A DNA stretch of 64,000 nucleotides from Amoebophrya sp. A120 (Eukaryota; Protista; Dinoflagellata). Below the pieces are notes generated by a model. The model worked only from the letters and a program-made list of their open reading frames with translations. It made no database searches and was not told where the DNA came from. The position numbers and the translations under genes were made by a program. The stretch covers positions 2,590,485 through 2,654,484 of the forward strand of contig CAJINV010000011.1 in NCBI GenBank assembly GCA_905178155.1. Reading direction: 5' to 3'. This document shows positions 62,177 through 64,000 of the stretch, piece by piece; position 1 is the first letter of the stretch, and each line of letters begins with the position of its first letter.

Positions 62177-63952
62177 CTAGAAGCCGCTTTTCTGTTTCAT
62201 CTTTGCCTTCCCATTTGCGTCGCTGACGTTGGCCCCGAACCGCATGTTGGCCCAGGGAGTATCGTTCCTTACATTTTTGTAGTGGTATGGATTTTCCTCC
62301 ACTTTCCGTCCGTGCACGAGGCGCGCGCGCGTGTCTTCTACGCTCGAGTTGGCCGTGAAGCTGTCGTCTGCTTTTATCAGCACGCAGCACACAAACCCGC
62401 GGTTGTTTGTGTAGTCCAACGCGGCGCCGACCGAAACGACGTGGGTCTTCTCACTTTCCGTTTCGCCCCACGCCTCGCAGGCCCGCCAGTGCGGGATGGC
62501 TTCCAGGGCAATTTGGCGCATCGCCACGTCGGTGCCCGTCGTGTTTGCCGCGCGACCGGGACCCGCAAGGGAAGAGGATGAACTCGAAGAGCCGCCCTGA
62601 GAAAAAAGAGGACATTGAGATGATTTGGTTTTGAATGAGATCGCCCAAAGAAATGAAATCTACGTTCGCACAAGTTGAGGCTCGACGATTTTTGACATAT
62701 CTTCCAGCTGCTACATGATACTCGTACATCGATGACATCGCAAGAAGAGCACCGGCTTTGTATGTAAGCATGAATTATATAATCATACCTGCGTCGACTG
62801 CAACCCGAATGCGTGCGGTATCTCGCCCTCCCAGTGAAAGTGCGATATTTTGACGCTTGGCGGGAGTAACATGTGGTCTGCGAGCGACTGAAAAAAGTCT
62901 TTTCTCTCCGCCAATAGCCTTTCGTTTTCCTTCGCCTCCTCCTCCGCACCGACCGGCTTGGTGTTGCGTTTTATGATCCTGTATCCACAGTAAATCTTCC
63001 GTACACGACGTACAAATCTTGTTCTGCATGACAAAAGTTGCCTTCAATCTTAGTCAGCATTACAAGTTTGACACTCGAAGGTAGCGAAATTTGTCATGCA
63101 TTTTGTACAGGTACGGGAAATCTGTATTGCATATCCTGCTGTCCTCGAACACCTGTTCCCGGTGCTTCATTCGGCAGCGCTGCGTCCAAAGGCGCGCTGC
63201 GTCCGCCGCGATGCTGTGGTGGGCGGAATTGAAGCTGGAGCCATGTTGATCCACAGCGAACGAATCTGATTTTGGTCCTGCACTTTCACTCCCATGATCC
63301 ATCTTTCTGCTAATCGTCAAAACGAGCGCTTCCACTACCGCGTCCTTGACCGCCGCCTCGAGATTTCTTTCCTTCAACGAGAGCGCTTCGACATTTGATG
63401 TCATTGCCCCGCTCACGTTGGGAGGTACAAACCAGGACTCTACGAGGGCGCCAGCGGTTCCGGACTGCTCGGATAACTGTTCCTTCTTTTGTGCAGCGAC
63501 TTGCTGCTGATAATTCCCCGCCCGGTTAAAATTTGCACTGTCGGTTAAAACCTTACCCGGGTTCGCGTACACGAACAGCAGATCCCGACAGGTGACCTCC
63601 AAGTCGTCCGGTATAAGCACTTTCGGATCCACTTGCAGCCATCTCCTGGTGCCCTTGGCTTTGGAGATTTCCAGGCAGTATTGGATGCAGGACCTGCCGA
63701 TCAAGGCTTGCAACTTCTGCTCCGGGCTGAAAACGTACAACCCCTGCTCCTGGGCTATTTTCCCCCGCAGCGCGTTGACCTTGTCGAGTATGCTGTTCGT
63801 CGCGGCGCTGCCGCCGGTGCTGGGGGAGGTGGGGACAACGTTGTTGGAGTCTGGCGCGTGAAAACCGCAAAGTTCCAGCATCTTTTCCCCACTGGGGAAT
63901 TGGAGCAGCTCGCGCTTCAACTTGTCGTTCTTCATCGGGATGGACGTGAGAC
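62177..63952 (-). CDS. PUB-domain-like protein, 5' end outside the window
   Basis: LTSIPMKNDKLKRELLQFPSGEKMLELCGF resembles the PUB domain. One introner and one GT-AG intron link three ORFs in frame. Confidence 0.6.
62982..63133. mobile_element. Introner-type intron
   Basis: TATCCACAGTAAATCTTCCGTAC vs reverse complement TATGCAATACAGATTTCCCGTAC. TSD TCCTG twice. Removing 157 nt gives FEDSRIIKRN. Confidence 0.88.
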
Positions 63953-64000
63953 TGCGTGTAGTATAGTTTTTTCGTTTGATAAAAACTTCAGAAAGTGTGT

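Noticed and set aside
1-64000. tRNA, rRNA, spliced-leader relics, telomeric repeats, autonomous transposase or reverse transcriptase
   Set aside because: None recognised by eye. tRNAscan-SE, Infernal and HMM searches would be needed to exclude them.

Overview
Eukaryotic, intron-rich, gene-dense DNA. All ~17 recognisable protein genes lie on the minus strand. Co-oriented genes, alveolate-type proteins and frequent non-GT-AG introns with terminal inverted repeats (TIRs) suggest a Syndiniales dinoflagellate such as Amoebophrya (inference). Genes: rhomboid protease; small Tyr/Gly/Ser protein; large TPR/IQ/RanBP2-ZnF protein; coilin-like protein fused to a La motif; RING protein with a signal peptide; 3-hydroxybutyryl-CoA dehydrogenase; very divergent alpha-tubulin; OST-HTH/LOTUS protein; His-Me-finger-like protein; MOZART1; a four-member tandem family of unknown function; partial PUB-domain protein. 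Two structures stand out. (1) Nine introner-type insertions (mostly TAT...ATA ends, TIRs, 5-bp target-site duplication [TSD]). Removing each element plus one TSD copy restores the reading frame. One family occurs in both orientations, and different families share an internal GCAT(T/G)ACAA motif. (2) One gene is split by a ~4.1-kb array in which five copies of the same 25-nt exon core alternate with four unrelated 0.7-1.6-kb inserts. All splice models were derived by eye, without transcript data or database searches.
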